A DNA stretch of 64,000 nt from an uncultured delta proteobacterium (GTDB lineage: Bacteria > Desulfobacterota > Desulfobaccia > Desulfobaccales > 0-14-0-80-60-11), in contig CAWETI010000003.1 in assembly GCA_963812015.1 (NCBI GenBank), forward strand, positions 864,001 through 928,000. The letters are read 5' to 3'. The notes below the pieces were generated by a model. The model saw only the letters and a list, made by a program, of their open reading frames with translations, did not search any database and was not told the origin of the DNA. The position numbers and the translations under genes are program-made. Positions 39,134 to 49,434 of this stretch are shown here, piece by piece (within the stretch, counting starts at the first letter, position 1; each line of letters starts with the position of its first letter).

Positions 39134-39977
39134 GTGTGTTTCTTTTTTTAGAAAAATTCAGCGACTCCCAAAGCTGGGTATTTAATCGGCCATTTGGCTG
39201 AATAAAATACGCTCTTCGCGCCTTAATTATCTCCAAGCCCGCAATTGCCTCAGAGGGTTCCTCGGACGTATTTGGCCCTTTGTAGATGACTCCTGCCAGA
39301 CTCCAAGAGCGGAGGCCGCTTGAAGATTCAATCACAGTGAGCATAGGGGCACCACTTATGCCGCTAAAATCAAAGTTCTCTGGCAGCAAACCTTTCCCCA
39401 TGACATTAATCAAGTGCTCGCGCTCAATACGGCTTGATACGTCAAGGTCACTGATACTACTAGCAATCCCCGATAAAGGTGCGGCTCCAAAGTCAATTAG
39501 ATTGTTTAGTGAAGGCCCAATCCTTTCAGTTTCTGGAAATCCAGAAAAGTATATTCCTCTGTTTTCCATTGGTGGCTTTGGTGGCCATGTTTTTTGATAA
39601 CCAGTCAAGATGGTTTTGTTGATTGATTTAATTTCATCAATAGTTATTTTAAATGTCGCAATGTCGATATCATCATGAGCATCAATGATGCTATTCTTAC
39701 CATCTATGTCAAACACCAAGTCGTGCCCAATTTGACAGGCAATAACTTTGCTCATTGAACGACCTTCGTTTAGCTTCTTTAGAACATGATAAGCCGTTAC
39801 ACCAAACGGCCCTTCACCTGCATCAAGGAAAAATGCAGAACCATTTCTAACTTTGAGGCCTGAATCACCTTCTTTGATAATCCAGTATAGCTGTGCAGTA
39901 AGAGACGTGACGAACTCCAACTCAGCCTTACCAAGCCCACCCTTCATAATTTCTTTTGCCTCTGCTTCTGAGAGCAT
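39129..39977 (-). CDS. Trypsin-like serine protease (cytoplasmic)
   Basis: GSAFF...VTAYHV (His), DIATF (Asp), GISGAP (Ser); GGAGG RBS before the ATG at 39977. Confidence 0.7.
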   Translation of the reverse strand: MLSEAEAKEIMKGGLGKAELEFVTSLTAQLYWIIKEGDSGLKVRNGSAFFLDAGEGPFGVTAYHVLKKLNEGRSMSKVIACQIGHDLVFDIDGKNSIIDAHDDIDIATFKITIDEIKSINKTILTGYQKTWPPKPPMENRGIYFSGFPETERIGPSLNNLIDFGAAPLSGIASSISDLDVSSRIEREHLINVMGKGLLPENFDFSGISGAPMLTVIESSSGLRSWSLAGVIYKGPNTSEEPSEAIAGLEIIKARRAYFIQPNGRLNTQLWESLNFSKKRNTH

Positions 39978-39981
39978 AAAC

Positions 39982-40374
39982 TCACCTCCCCCGTAGAGCA
40001 TTTATGCTCTGCCAACTCTGCTTTCCCGGTAATTTGCACTCCCAAAAAATCCATCCATTTACTGAATTTCCAGTCACTTGAATGGCCGCCGCGGACGGAG
40101 AAAAAAACTTTTTGTCATTAAGAACCAAAGAGCCATCATCAACTTTCGCGCAATACATCTGACCTTTATGAGAGCCCCTAAATTCCGTCCCGTGAGGAAA
40201 TGCTACACCCTTCACAACCCAAGGTTTTCCAAATTGAGCTTTTGGCGTCATGGGGCCTTGCCTTGGCTCCAAGCCAAAAAGTTCACGGAGAACGTCGTTC
40301 GGGGTAATGTCTTCGTTTTTGCGGCGACCAGTAATTTCCTTGAAAACTTCAAAATCAATCTCAATGGTTTGCAT
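39982..40374 (-). CDS. SeqA-N/RHH-like + RAMA (DUF4357-like) domain protein
   Basis: MQTIEIDFEVFKEI...TPNDVLRELFGL; F.SPSAAA..VTG.SVNGW.FW. Confidence 0.7.
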   Translation of the reverse strand: MQTIEIDFEVFKEITGRRKNEDITPNDVLRELFGLEPRQGPMTPKAQFGKPWVVKGVAFPHGTEFRGSHKGQMYCAKVDDGSLVLNDKKFFSPSAAAIQVTGNSVNGWIFWECKLPGKQSWQSINALRGR

Positions 40375-40520
40375 ATACTATTCTCCTTTCTAATAGGTTA
40401 TATAGTGCTTATAGGAATATAAATAGTTTTTCATTTTGCAATTGTCAAGAAATAATTTCTAAAAATTTATCTGTGTCGTCCAATTTTAGATAGGCAAATA
40501 CGCCGCCCACTTCCTGCGCC

Positions 40521-40549
40521 ATTAGACAAAATGCTTCAATTTGTCTAAT
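40521..40549. other. 29-bp palindromic site at the right boundary of the AT-rich cassette
   Basis: ATTAGACAAA-N9-TTTGTCTAAT. Confidence 0.7.
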
Positions 40550-40559
40550 CAACAAGAGC

Positions 40560-41680
40560 CCGTGGGGCGGGAAAGCGAAGCGCATCCCGCCTAACCTGCC
40601 TCAGATGAAAATTGTCATGCTGAACGCCGTGCAGCATCTCGCTTTTTCGGCAAGTTGAAACCCTGCCCTGCCTTCAGGATGACCCCAAAAACCGGTTTTG
40701 CCATGGCTTGTAGGCTCACGGAGCATCTTCTTTGTCGAAATCGGGGCAGAGATACTGCCTGTTCTGGCAATTCCCCGACCTCACCCTATAGTGAGCCAAA
40801 ACTCTCGTCTCCACTGCCAGGGCTTTGGACCCAGGCCGGTAGCACAGGCTTTCCAGCCTGTGCAGACCGTAATTTGGGCCTATATGTTTGGAGAGGCTGC
40901 ATTTTTTCAAGAGGCTCAAACGTTCCTTCCTTTTATCCCCTCTCCACCCAGCGGGGGGAGAGAGGCAGGGTGAGGGGGGGCAATTGTGCTCCCATATCTA
41001 CTGTGCGGTGGAAAGATTTTCCTATGAGCCCTTTAGCCAAATTCATAACCCAAAATACTCACTCCTTTGTTCCGGCTTGGCCTCTTGCCTGCGAGACGGC
41101 CTGTAACTCTGCGGCCCGGCGCCGGCGCCCGGCGGTATCCTGCGGTACTGCAGCCGGTCCGCTGCGGCATGTAAAGCGGTACCAAGCGGCACAATTGCGG
41201 CTGCAAAGGGGAAAGAACAAGACACAAAGCGCAATATTATAGGTATGTTATGGCTCAGCACCGAGACGTTAACCGTACCATTCTCCGCAACCGGCACATT
41301 ACAAGGGTGCAAGTTGCCCTAAAAAGACGTGAAGTTATGGCACCTGATCTAAAACCCATTGAAAATACAAGATTATTCGCTACGCTCTCATGTTTCTTCG
41401 AGTCCCCCTTTGAAAAAGGAGGATTGAGGAGGATTTATAAAGACTTACAAAATCTCCCCCCAGCAACCTTTCCCAAAGGGGGGAGTTTTGAGGAGTTTCT
41501 GGATGAAAACTATCTATCCCTAGTTTGCGTAAGGGCGCACCCGGGTGCGAGCTCACAAACCGGGCGGACACTTAAGCCGCACCTACCAAAAATGCCAAAT
41601 AATTTTGACCGAAAAATCCGGGACATGACCCCAGGCATTTGTTAGAATGAAACTTTTCGCGGCGCTCAGATTGACAACCG
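40560..41680. repeat. Cluster of several different REP-like palindromes
   Basis: Examples: GGCGGGA..TCCCGCC at 40566, GTAGCACAGGCTTTCCAGCCTGTGC at 40839, CCCTCTCC..GGAGAGAGG at 40938, TCCCCCTTTG..CAAAGGGGGGA at 41403-41483. Confidence 0.65.
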
Positions 41681-41725
41681 GTAGAAATGAGGTTTTGAAA
41701 TGGCCTGTAGAAAAGATTCAATGGG

Positions 41726-43057
41726 ATGCAGATGAAAGCAATTAAAGTAGGCCTGATCGGTTTTGGCACGGTGGGGACCGGGGTGGTGCGCCTGCTTACC
41801 GAAGAGCGCACGTTACTGGCCCGGCGCTTGGGCGCCGACCTGGTCTTGAAGAAGGTGGCGGACCTGGACCTGGCGCGGCCGCGGTCCGTGGCTCTGCCGG
41901 CCGACTGCCTCACCTCCCGGGTGGAAGACATCCTGGACGACCCGGAAATCGATATTGTGGTGGAACTCATCGGCGGGACCACTGCGGCCCGGGACTATGT
42001 CTTGCGCGCCATCGGCCGGGGCAAGCACGTGGTCACCGCCAACAAGGCCCTCCTGGCCCACCACGGCAACGACTTGCTGGCCGCGGCGGCGGAACGGGGG
42101 GTGGAGATTGCCTTTGAGGCCTCGGTGTGCGGCGGCATCCCCATCATCCTGACCCTGCGGCAGGGGCTGGCGGCCAACCGGGTCCGGGAGCTGTTCGGCA
42201 TCCTCAACGGCACCGCCAACTACATCCTTACCCAGATGACCCAGAGCGGCGCGTCTTATGCCCAGGCCCTGGCTGAGGCTCAGGCCCACGGCTACGCCGA
42301 AGCGGATCCCACCCTGGACGTGGAAGGCATCGACACCGCCCACAAGCTGGCCATTCTCATGAGCCTGGCGTATGGGGCCCAACTGGACCTGGAGTCCATC
42401 GCGGTGCAAGGGATCAGCCGGCTTGACCCCCTGGACCTGCAATTCGCCGGAGAATTCGGCTACAGCCTGAAACTGCTGGCCATTACCCGGGATGACGGGC
42501 ACCGGGTGGAGGCCCGGGTCCACCCCACCCTGGTCCCCCGGGACCACATGCTGGCCAACGTCAACGGCGCCATGAACGCCGTCTACCTCACCGGAGATGC
42601 GGTGGGCCCCATTCTGCTGTATGGCCAGGGGGCCGGGATGATGCCCACGGCCAGCGCCGTGGTGAGCGACTTGATCGACCTGGCCCGCAATCTCCTCCAT
42701 GGGGCTCCCGGCCGGGTGCCGGCCCTGGGGTGGGAATCGGCCCTGACCACCCGGCGGCTCATCAAACCCATCAACGATCTGATGACCAACTACTACCTGA
42801 GGGTTTCGGCCCTGGACCGGCCCGGCGTCCTGTCCGAGGTGTCGGGCATCCTGGGAAAACACAACATCAGCATCGGCGCGGTGATCCAGAAAGGCCGGGA
42901 AGTGGAAGGCACGGTGCCCATCGTCATGATCACGCATGAGGCCCGGGAGGCCGACGCCCGCCAGGCCATCACCGAGATCGACCAACTGTCCATCGTGTCC
43001 CCGCCCACCGTTTTTTACCGCATCGAGGATCCCCACCTCCACGCCGCCCAGATTTAG
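41726..43057 (+). CDS. hom: Homoserine dehydrogenase with C-terminal ACT domain
   Basis: GFGTVG, VVTANK, EASVCGGIPII, GILNGTANYIL, GYAEADP and DRPGVL motifs. Confidence 0.96.
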   Translation: MQMKAIKVGLIGFGTVGTGVVRLLTEERTLLARRLGADLVLKKVADLDLARPRSVALPADCLTSRVEDILDDPEIDIVVELIGGTTAARDYVLRAIGRGKHVVTANKALLAHHGNDLLAAAAERGVEIAFEASVCGGIPIILTLRQGLAANRVRELFGILNGTANYILTQMTQSGASYAQALAEAQAHGYAEADPTLDVEGIDTAHKLAILMSLAYGAQLDLESIAVQGISRLDPLDLQFAGEFGYSLKLLAITRDDGHRVEARVHPTLVPRDHMLANVNGAMNAVYLTGDAVGPILLYGQGAGMMPTASAVVSDLIDLARNLLHGAPGRVPALGWESALTTRRLIKPINDLMTNYYLRVSALDRPGVLSEVSGILGKHNISIGAVIQKGREVEGTVPIVMITHEAREADARQAITEIDQLSIVSPPTVFYRIEDPHLHAAQI

Positions 43058-43263
43058 CGGAGCAGGAGGGCGGCAAGATTTTTTATAAGGGTCGCCCTCA
43101 CCCTCCCTCCATTCCTCCCAGCCCCCTGAAACAGGTCTATCGTCTCGCCGCTATCTTCCCTGGGGCCTCCAAGATTAAAGAAAATGGCGTTAACGGTCGA
43201 CAGGGTGAGAAAGCATAACTATTATAAAAATAATCATACATTACTGCGTGGAAGGAGGTCCTC

Positions 43264-43548
43264 ATGAACGACTTTTGGGCGTTCCGGACCATGGTCACCC
43301 CGGTCATCATCCAGATCCTGTTCTGGGTCGGCTCTCTCCTCTGTCTCATCATCGGCGCTATTATGGTAATCTATGGCGCCAGCCATTATCAGGGGGGCCA
43401 GGGCCACAACCTGTGGAAGGGGGTGCTTCTCTTCGTGCTGGGGCCTCTGGGGGTCCGGGTCTATTGTGAGATCTTGATCGTCTTGTTCCGGATCAACGAG
43501 ACCCTGACGGAAATTAAACACGCCGTGGGACGGCAGCCCGAGGCGTAA
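43264..43548 (+). CDS. DUF4282-like small membrane protein
   Basis: F..MVTP.IIQILFW...RVYCEILIVLFRINE; AAGGAGG RBS. Confidence 0.75.
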   Translation: MNDFWAFRTMVTPVIIQILFWVGSLLCLIIGAIMVIYGASHYQGGQGHNLWKGVLLFVLGPLGVRVYCEILIVLFRINETLTEIKHAVGRQPEA

Positions 43549-43658
43549 AGACCGGCCGGTGGCCGGGGGAATCGCCCCAGGGCCGCCGGAGGATCGTCCG
43601 GGGGAGACGGAAGCGAGGGGGAAAGCACCATGAATTCAGTCTATCGGCAAGGAGGCAT

Positions 43659-44075
43659 GTGGCTATGAGAGGCAGAGCAGCTTGGTTAGGTGTGGCGGTA
43701 ATGATGGCGGTGCTGGGCATCGCCTTGGTGGGTTGCGCCACGGGGCCGACCAGCAGCCCGGTTTCATCCCAGGCGGACCTGCTCACGCAGGCTGGGTTTA
43801 GAATACATTCGGCGAACACCCCCCAAAAGCTGGCCTACGTGAAAACCCTGCCGGCCAAGAAGGTGGTGTTGAATCAGTATCAGGACAAACCCCTGTATTT
43901 AGTATGCACCGACCCCGATGCCAAGCAGTGCTTTTTGGGGGACGAGGCGGCCTATCAGCGGTATGAGCAATTAGCCATCCAGCAAAGCATTTCCGAAGAC
44001 CAGCATAAGGTCGAGGAGCATCGCTGGGACCCCGAGGCCCTGCAGATGTGGGTGGATTCCCAGGGCGGGGGCTGA
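43659..44075 (+). CDS. Lipoprotein
   Basis: Lipobox LVGC; L.QAGF...Y.G.EAAYQRY pattern. Confidence 0.7.
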   Translation: MAMRGRAAWLGVAVMMAVLGIALVGCATGPTSSPVSSQADLLTQAGFRIHSANTPQKLAYVKTLPAKKVVLNQYQDKPLYLVCTDPDAKQCFLGDEAAYQRYEQLAIQQSISEDQHKVEEHRWDPEALQMWVDSQGGG

Positions 44076-44376
44076 TGGGCTTATCGTGAGTCTGGACGGA
44101 TAGGGGGGATGGCTGACGTCCCCCACGTCCCACCCGAGTTGGCAGGATGTCCTGCTCGGATACGCGGTGACGCTCTTTAAGGGAAGGGCTTGCCCGCCTG
44201 CGGCTAAACCTGGCGAGCGGTGTTCCCGGTCGGCGCGTCACAAATTACCCCTGCTTTTCTCCTCCCACCTTGCCTCACCTGCATCCCAGCAGTTATGATT
44301 AAGCAGGCGGGCTCATTCCGGGTTTCCCCGGAGAAGGGCCGGCATTCACTCTGTCGTGTAAAGGTCAGGTTTAGAT

Positions 44377-45573
44377 ATGAAATACGTCATTCTGGTAGGC
44401 GACGGCATGGGGGACTACCCCATGGCCGAGTTAGGTGGCAAAACCCCGCTTCAGGCCGCAGCCACCCCGCATCTGGACGAACTGGCCCGACGGGGCGAGC
44501 TGGGGTGCGCCCGCACCATCCCCCCGGGTAAGGAACCGGGCAGCGACATCGCCAATCTGGCCATCATGGGATACGATCCGGTACGCTACCACACCGGGCG
44601 GGCGCCGCTGGAGGCCGCGGCCCTGGGGGTGAAATTGGGTCCGGCGGAAGTGGCCTTTCGCTGCAACCTGGTGACCCTGCGCCAGGAGGCCTCGGGGATT
44701 ATCATGGAGGACTACGCCGCCGGGCACATCACCAGCGAGGAGGCCAAAGAGCTCATCGCGGCATTAGAAGCCGCCCTGGGCCGGGACGGGCGCCGCTTTT
44801 TCCCGGGGGTGAGCTACCGGCACCTGCTGGTGTGGGCCCAGGGGGACGCGGCTTGGCGCACCTACCCGCCCCATGACTGGACCGGCAAGGAAGTGGGCCA
44901 CCTCATGGGGGGAGACGCCCAGCCCCTGTGGGACCTGATCCGCGCCTCCTGGCCGGTGCTCAAGGACCTGGAGGTCAACCGCCGCCGGGTGGCGGCCGGG
45001 AAAAGACCGGCCACCTCCATCTGGCTCTGGGGCCAGGGCCGGCCTCCCCGGATGCCTACCCTCAAGGAACGCTTCGGCCTCACCGGCGCGGTGATTTCGG
45101 CAGTGGACCTGATCCGGGGCATCGGCAAATATGCCGGACTTAAGGCCATCCTGGTCCCCGGGGCCACGGGTTTTCTGGACACCAATTACGCCGGCAAGGT
45201 GGCTGCGGCCTTAGAGGCCCTGAAGGAGATGGACCTGGTCTTCGTCCACGTGGAGGCGCCGGATGAAGCGGGCCACAGCGGCGAACTGAAACTCAAACTC
45301 CAGGCCATCGAAGACTTTGACGCCAAGGTGGTGGGGCCGATGCGAGCGGGGCTGGATAAGCTGGGGGATTACCGCCTTTTGGTGCTCTGCGATCACCTGA
45401 CGCCTTTGGTGCTGCGCACCCATACCGATGAGCCGGTGCCGTTCATCCTCTACGACTCCCGGACCCCGGGAGACCATCCTCGGCCCTATACCGAGATTGC
45501 GGCCAAGGAAACCGGCCTGCTCCTGGACCAGGGCGCCGACCTGCTGCCCCGGCTGCTGGAGAAGGAAAAATAA
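44377..45573 (+). CDS. apgM: Cofactor-independent phosphoglycerate mutase (ApgM-type)
   Basis: GDGMGD, GKTPLQ, PGSDIAN, HVEAPDEAGH, DH.TP and H..EPVP motifs. Confidence 0.9.
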   Translation: MKYVILVGDGMGDYPMAELGGKTPLQAAATPHLDELARRGELGCARTIPPGKEPGSDIANLAIMGYDPVRYHTGRAPLEAAALGVKLGPAEVAFRCNLVTLRQEASGIIMEDYAAGHITSEEAKELIAALEAALGRDGRRFFPGVSYRHLLVWAQGDAAWRTYPPHDWTGKEVGHLMGGDAQPLWDLIRASWPVLKDLEVNRRRVAAGKRPATSIWLWGQGRPPRMPTLKERFGLTGAVISAVDLIRGIGKYAGLKAILVPGATGFLDTNYAGKVAAALEALKEMDLVFVHVEAPDEAGHSGELKLKLQAIEDFDAKVVGPMRAGLDKLGDYRLLVLCDHLTPLVLRTHTDEPVPFILYDSRTPGDHPRPYTEIAAKETGLLLDQGADLLPRLLEKEK

Positions 45574-45747
45574 GCAAAGATAATTGGGGGGAGGGCCAGG
45601 GACTTCGCCCCTGCCCTCCCCCCAAACCCCCCTCCCAACCCGTATAAACAAGTAGGGGCGACCCGTTGGGTCGCCCCTGTTCGTCGGCAAACATTTAGCT
45701 TTCAAGAAAAGGCTAGGCGCTTGGTCCTTTCCCTCCTTCAAAAATCC

Positions 45748-46608
45748 CTACAATCTCTCCTCCAAATACCGCACCGCGTTTTTGAAGATGGCTAGGCCGG
45801 CGCCGACCTGTTCGGGGTAGGGTTCGCCCCGGCGGCGCCAGGCTTCTTTTTCCCGGGTCCAGGTGGGGTGCTGGAAGGAGGAGATGTGGGCTTCAGGGTG
45901 GGGCATGAGGCCCAGGACCCGGCCGGTGGCGTCCGTGACGCCGGCGATGTCCAGAAGTGAGCCGTTGGGGTTATGGGGAAACCGGCCCAGGGCCGCGTCA
46001 CCCGAGGGGGTGGCGTATTTCAGGGCGATCTGGCCCCGGTCGGCCAGTTCCGCCAGGACGGGGCCATCGGCGTAAAATTTCCCCTCCCCATGGCGGATGG
46101 GCAACTCCAGATGGTCCAGCCCCTGGGTAAAGACGCACTGGGAGGCCATGACCTTGAGGTGGACCCAGGCGTCCCTAAAGTTCCCGCAGTCGTTGGGGAT
46201 GAGGGCCGCCAGGCGGGCGTCGGACCGGCCCGGCAAGCCGGGCAGCAGCCCCAGGTTGACCAGGACCTGAAAGCCGTTGCAGATGCCGATGACCAGACGG
46301 CCGGCGGCGATGAATTCGGCCAGGGCCGAGCCCAGGGCCAGCTTCAGCCTCAAGGCCAGGATGACCCCGGCGCCGTGGTCGTCACCCCAGGAAAACCCCC
46401 CGGGCACGGCCAGGAGGTGGTAGTCCCAGAGGATGGCCGGGTTCTCCAACAGATCGGTGGTGTGGACCCGCACCGCCTCGGCCCCGGCCTGGGCCAGGGC
46501 GAATTGGGTTTCGTAGTCGCAGTTGAGGCCGTAGCCGTAGAGCACCAAAGCCTTCGGCTTTGGTGCTGGGTTTTCGGTTTTCGGTTTTCGGTTATTGGTG
46601 GGGCCCAT
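45748..46608 (-). CDS. purQ: Phosphoribosylformylglycinamidine synthase glutaminase subunit
   Basis: PGGFSWGDD, GICNGFQ, HGEG, NPNGS and MPHPE motifs. Confidence 0.95.
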   Translation of the reverse strand: MGPTNNRKPKTENPAPKPKALVLYGYGLNCDYETQFALAQAGAEAVRVHTTDLLENPAILWDYHLLAVPGGFSWGDDHGAGVILALRLKLALGSALAEFIAAGRLVIGICNGFQVLVNLGLLPGLPGRSDARLAALIPNDCGNFRDAWVHLKVMASQCVFTQGLDHLELPIRHGEGKFYADGPVLAELADRGQIALKYATPSGDAALGRFPHNPNGSLLDIAGVTDATGRVLGLMPHPEAHISSFQHPTWTREKEAWRRRGEPYPEQVGAGLAIFKNAVRYLEERL

Positions 46609-46764
46609 GTCGTTGCACCCGGATTTTGCTATGTGGAGTGATTTATGAAAATTGTTTAGGCAAGACGCCTGGGCTATCAAATCTTATACGGGTTGGGAGG
46701 GGGGTGTGGGGGGAGGGCAGGGCCGTTGGCCCTGGCCCTCCCCCCACATATCCTTTTCTTCCCC

Positions 46765-49434
46765 CTATTTCTTCCCGCTCTTCTTCTTTTTGGGTTTAGA
46801 GGCCGCCTTCTTTTCTTCCTGCCTCTGTTTCTGGGCTGCCAGTTCCACGACTTTTTCCCGCTTCACCGTCACCCGCTTGGCCTCTTTCCGCCAGGCGAAG
46901 ACGACGGGGCTGGCCACAAACACGGAGGAGTAGGTGCCCACCAGGACCCCTAAGATCATGGCCAGGGCGAAATCCCTGAGGACCACGCCGCCGAAGAAGA
47001 ACAGCGCCACCACCACCAGGAACACGGTGGTGCTGGTGATGATGGTACGGGAGAGCACCTCATTGACGCTGAGGTTGATGATCTCCGCCAGTTTACCCCG
47101 GCGCCGGGCCAGATTTTCCCGGATGCGGTCGAAGACCACCACGGTGTCGGTGAGGGAGTAGCCCGCCAGGGTAAGGAGGGCGGTGACCACCAGCAGGGTG
47201 ATTTCGATGTTGAATAGATAGAAGATGCCCAGGACGGCCAGGACGTCGTGGAAGGTGGCTATGGTGGCGCCGATGCCGAAGATGAATTCGAAGCGCCAGG
47301 CGATGTAGACAATAATGCCGAGCATGGAGATGATGATGGCCACGATGGCCTTATTGCGCAGGTCATTGCTGATGGAAGCGCCGATCTCGGATTTGCCGAT
47401 GACCTTGAACTGATTGTCCGGCATGGCTTTATTGAGCAGGTCGGCCAGGTGTTCGGACATCTGGCCCACGGAGGTCTCGGACTTCTTGAGCTTGACCATC
47501 AGCTCCTTGCCGCCTTCAATCTGCTGGATCTCGGCGTGGCCCCAGCCTTCCTTATCAAGGGCCTCCCGCACCTGGTTGACGGTGAAGGGTTTGGCTGCGG
47601 TCATATCCACCAGGGCGCCGCCGCTGAACTCCACGCCCAGGTTGCCGTGGCCCAGGGAGAGCTGCACGAAGGCCACGATACCCAGGAGGCACAAGGCCCC
47701 GGAGATGACAAAGGCGTAATGACGCCAGCCGATGAAGTCGATGTTGGGCTGCTTGAAGACTTCGAAGAAACTGAGCTTTTTCAGCCAGCGCTTGATCAGC
47801 AGCCAGTCGTACACCACCCGGGTGCCGAATAGGGCGGTAAAGAGATTGAGGATCACGCCCAGGCTCAGGGTGACCGCAAAGCCCTTGATGGGCCCGGTGC
47901 CGAAGAGGAAGAGGGCGCAGGCGGTGATCAGGGTGGTGACGTGGGCGTCGATGATCGTCCAGAAGGCCTTATCATAGCCCCCATCGATACTGGCCTTCAG
48001 GGGCTTGCCGGCATGCAGTTCTTCCCGCATGCGCTCATAGATGAGGACGTTGGAGTCCACCGCCATCCCCACGGACAGGATGATACCGGCGATGCCCGGC
48101 AGGGTGAGGGTGGCGCCCAGGAGCGACAGGGCCCCCAGGAGCAGGATGACGTTGAGGACCATGGCGTAGTCGGCCACCAGTCCGGAGAAACGGTAGTAGA
48201 AGATCATGAAACCGATGACCAGGAGGGTAGCCAGCAGGCCCGCGGTGAGCCCTTTCTTGATGGAATCGGCCCCCAGGGTGGGACCCACGGTGATATTTTG
48301 GACGATCTTGACAGTGGCGGGGAGGGCCCCGGCCCGGAGCACGATGGCCAGGTCATGGGCCTCGGCCGGGGTATAGGAGCCGGTGATCTGGGCCTTGCCG
48401 CCGCCGATGCGCTCCTGGATGACCGGGGCCGAGCGCACCACCCCGTCCAGGATGATGGCCAGGCGGCGCTTGACGTTGTCGCCGGTGATCTTGCCGAACT
48501 CCGCAGCCCCCCGGCGGTTGAAGTCCACGGACACGTAGGGTTCATTGTAGTCGCCGATGCGCACCGTGGCGTTTTTCACCCCGGCGCCGGTCATCAAGAC
48601 CTTCTTTTTCAGGAGCAGGGGCTTGCTTTCGAGGCGGCCGGTGTCCTTGTTGATGCTCTTTTCGATATAAACTTCGTCATCGGCGGGAATCTTATCCGCC
48701 AAGGCCTGGTTGAGCTGTTCCCGGGCATAGCCGGGCTTCAGGCGGCCACTCTTGAGGGCGGTGTCGATCAATTCCGGCAGACTGACCTGGGCCTGGTCAT
48801 CCACCAGCTTGAATTCCAGTTGGGCCGTCTGGCCGATGAGGTCCAGGGCCCGCTGGGGGTCCTGGACGCCGGGGAGCTGGACCACGATCTGGTCGGCGCC
48901 CTGGCGCACCAGGACCGGCTCGGTCACGCCGAACTGGTCGATGCGGTTGCGGAGGACCTCGAGGCTCTGGGACAGGGTGCGTTCCTGGAGTTGCTTGATT
49001 TCCTCCGGGGTGAGGCTGAGGTCATAGACCGAGCCGCCGTCCCGGCGTTGGGGTTCCCCGGCCTTCAGATGGGGAAACTCCTCTTTCAAGAGTTTCAGAA
49101 AAGCAGCCTGTTCATCTTTATTGAGCACGGTGACGGGCAGCGCCTCTTTGGCCACATCCCCTATTTTGAGGGAATCTTTAAGGCCCCGCTTTTCCGCCAT
49201 TTCCAGCATGTCGGTGGCATCGCGGTGCAAGGCATTATTGATGGCGCTCTCCATATCCACCTGGAGGATCAGGTGCATACCCCCTTTCAGGTCCAACCCC
49301 AACTTCAAGCCGCGACTGACATGCTTTTCCCACCAGCCGGGAAGTCCCCCGGTGAGGGAGGGAAGCACGAACATGATGGCGATGACGGTGAGGATAAATA
49401 AGAAGAGGAACTTCAGGCGAACTGCTCTCAACAT
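46765..49434 (-). CDS. secDF: Fused protein translocase SecD/SecF
   Basis: LGLDLKGG, RIDQFGVTEP, GMAVDSNVLIYER, G.EFSGG and GYSLTDTVVVFDRIRE motifs. Confidence 0.96.
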   Translation of the reverse strand: MLRAVRLKFLFLFILTVIAIMFVLPSLTGGLPGWWEKHVSRGLKLGLDLKGGMHLILQVDMESAINNALHRDATDMLEMAEKRGLKDSLKIGDVAKEALPVTVLNKDEQAAFLKLLKEEFPHLKAGEPQRRDGGSVYDLSLTPEEIKQLQERTLSQSLEVLRNRIDQFGVTEPVLVRQGADQIVVQLPGVQDPQRALDLIGQTAQLEFKLVDDQAQVSLPELIDTALKSGRLKPGYAREQLNQALADKIPADDEVYIEKSINKDTGRLESKPLLLKKKVLMTGAGVKNATVRIGDYNEPYVSVDFNRRGAAEFGKITGDNVKRRLAIILDGVVRSAPVIQERIGGGKAQITGSYTPAEAHDLAIVLRAGALPATVKIVQNITVGPTLGADSIKKGLTAGLLATLLVIGFMIFYYRFSGLVADYAMVLNVILLLGALSLLGATLTLPGIAGIILSVGMAVDSNVLIYERMREELHAGKPLKASIDGGYDKAFWTIIDAHVTTLITACALFLFGTGPIKGFAVTLSLGVILNLFTALFGTRVVYDWLLIKRWLKKLSFFEVFKQPNIDFIGWRHYAFVISGALCLLGIVAFVQLSLGHGNLGVEFSGGALVDMTAAKPFTVNQVREALDKEGWGHAEIQQIEGGKELMVKLKKSETSVGQMSEHLADLLNKAMPDNQFKVIGKSEIGASISNDLRNKAIVAIIISMLGIIVYIAWRFEFIFGIGATIATFHDVLAVLGIFYLFNIEITLLVVTALLTLAGYSLTDTVVVFDRIRENLARRRGKLAEIINLSVNEVLSRTIITSTTVFLVVVALFFFGGVVLRDFALAMILGVLVGTYSSVFVASPVVFAWRKEAKRVTVKREKVVELAAQKQRQEEKKAASKPKKKKSGKK

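Noticed and set aside
40655..41645. ORFs of 131-195 aa in the repeat cluster
   Set aside because: Translations run through REP palindromes, with no RBS or family motif
47941..49401. Long antisense ORFs (also 41813-43042, 37568-38695, 5589-6482, 21553-22524, 54098-55003, 56169-57068)
   Set aside because: Shadow frames of well-supported high-GC genes, with no recognisable motifs
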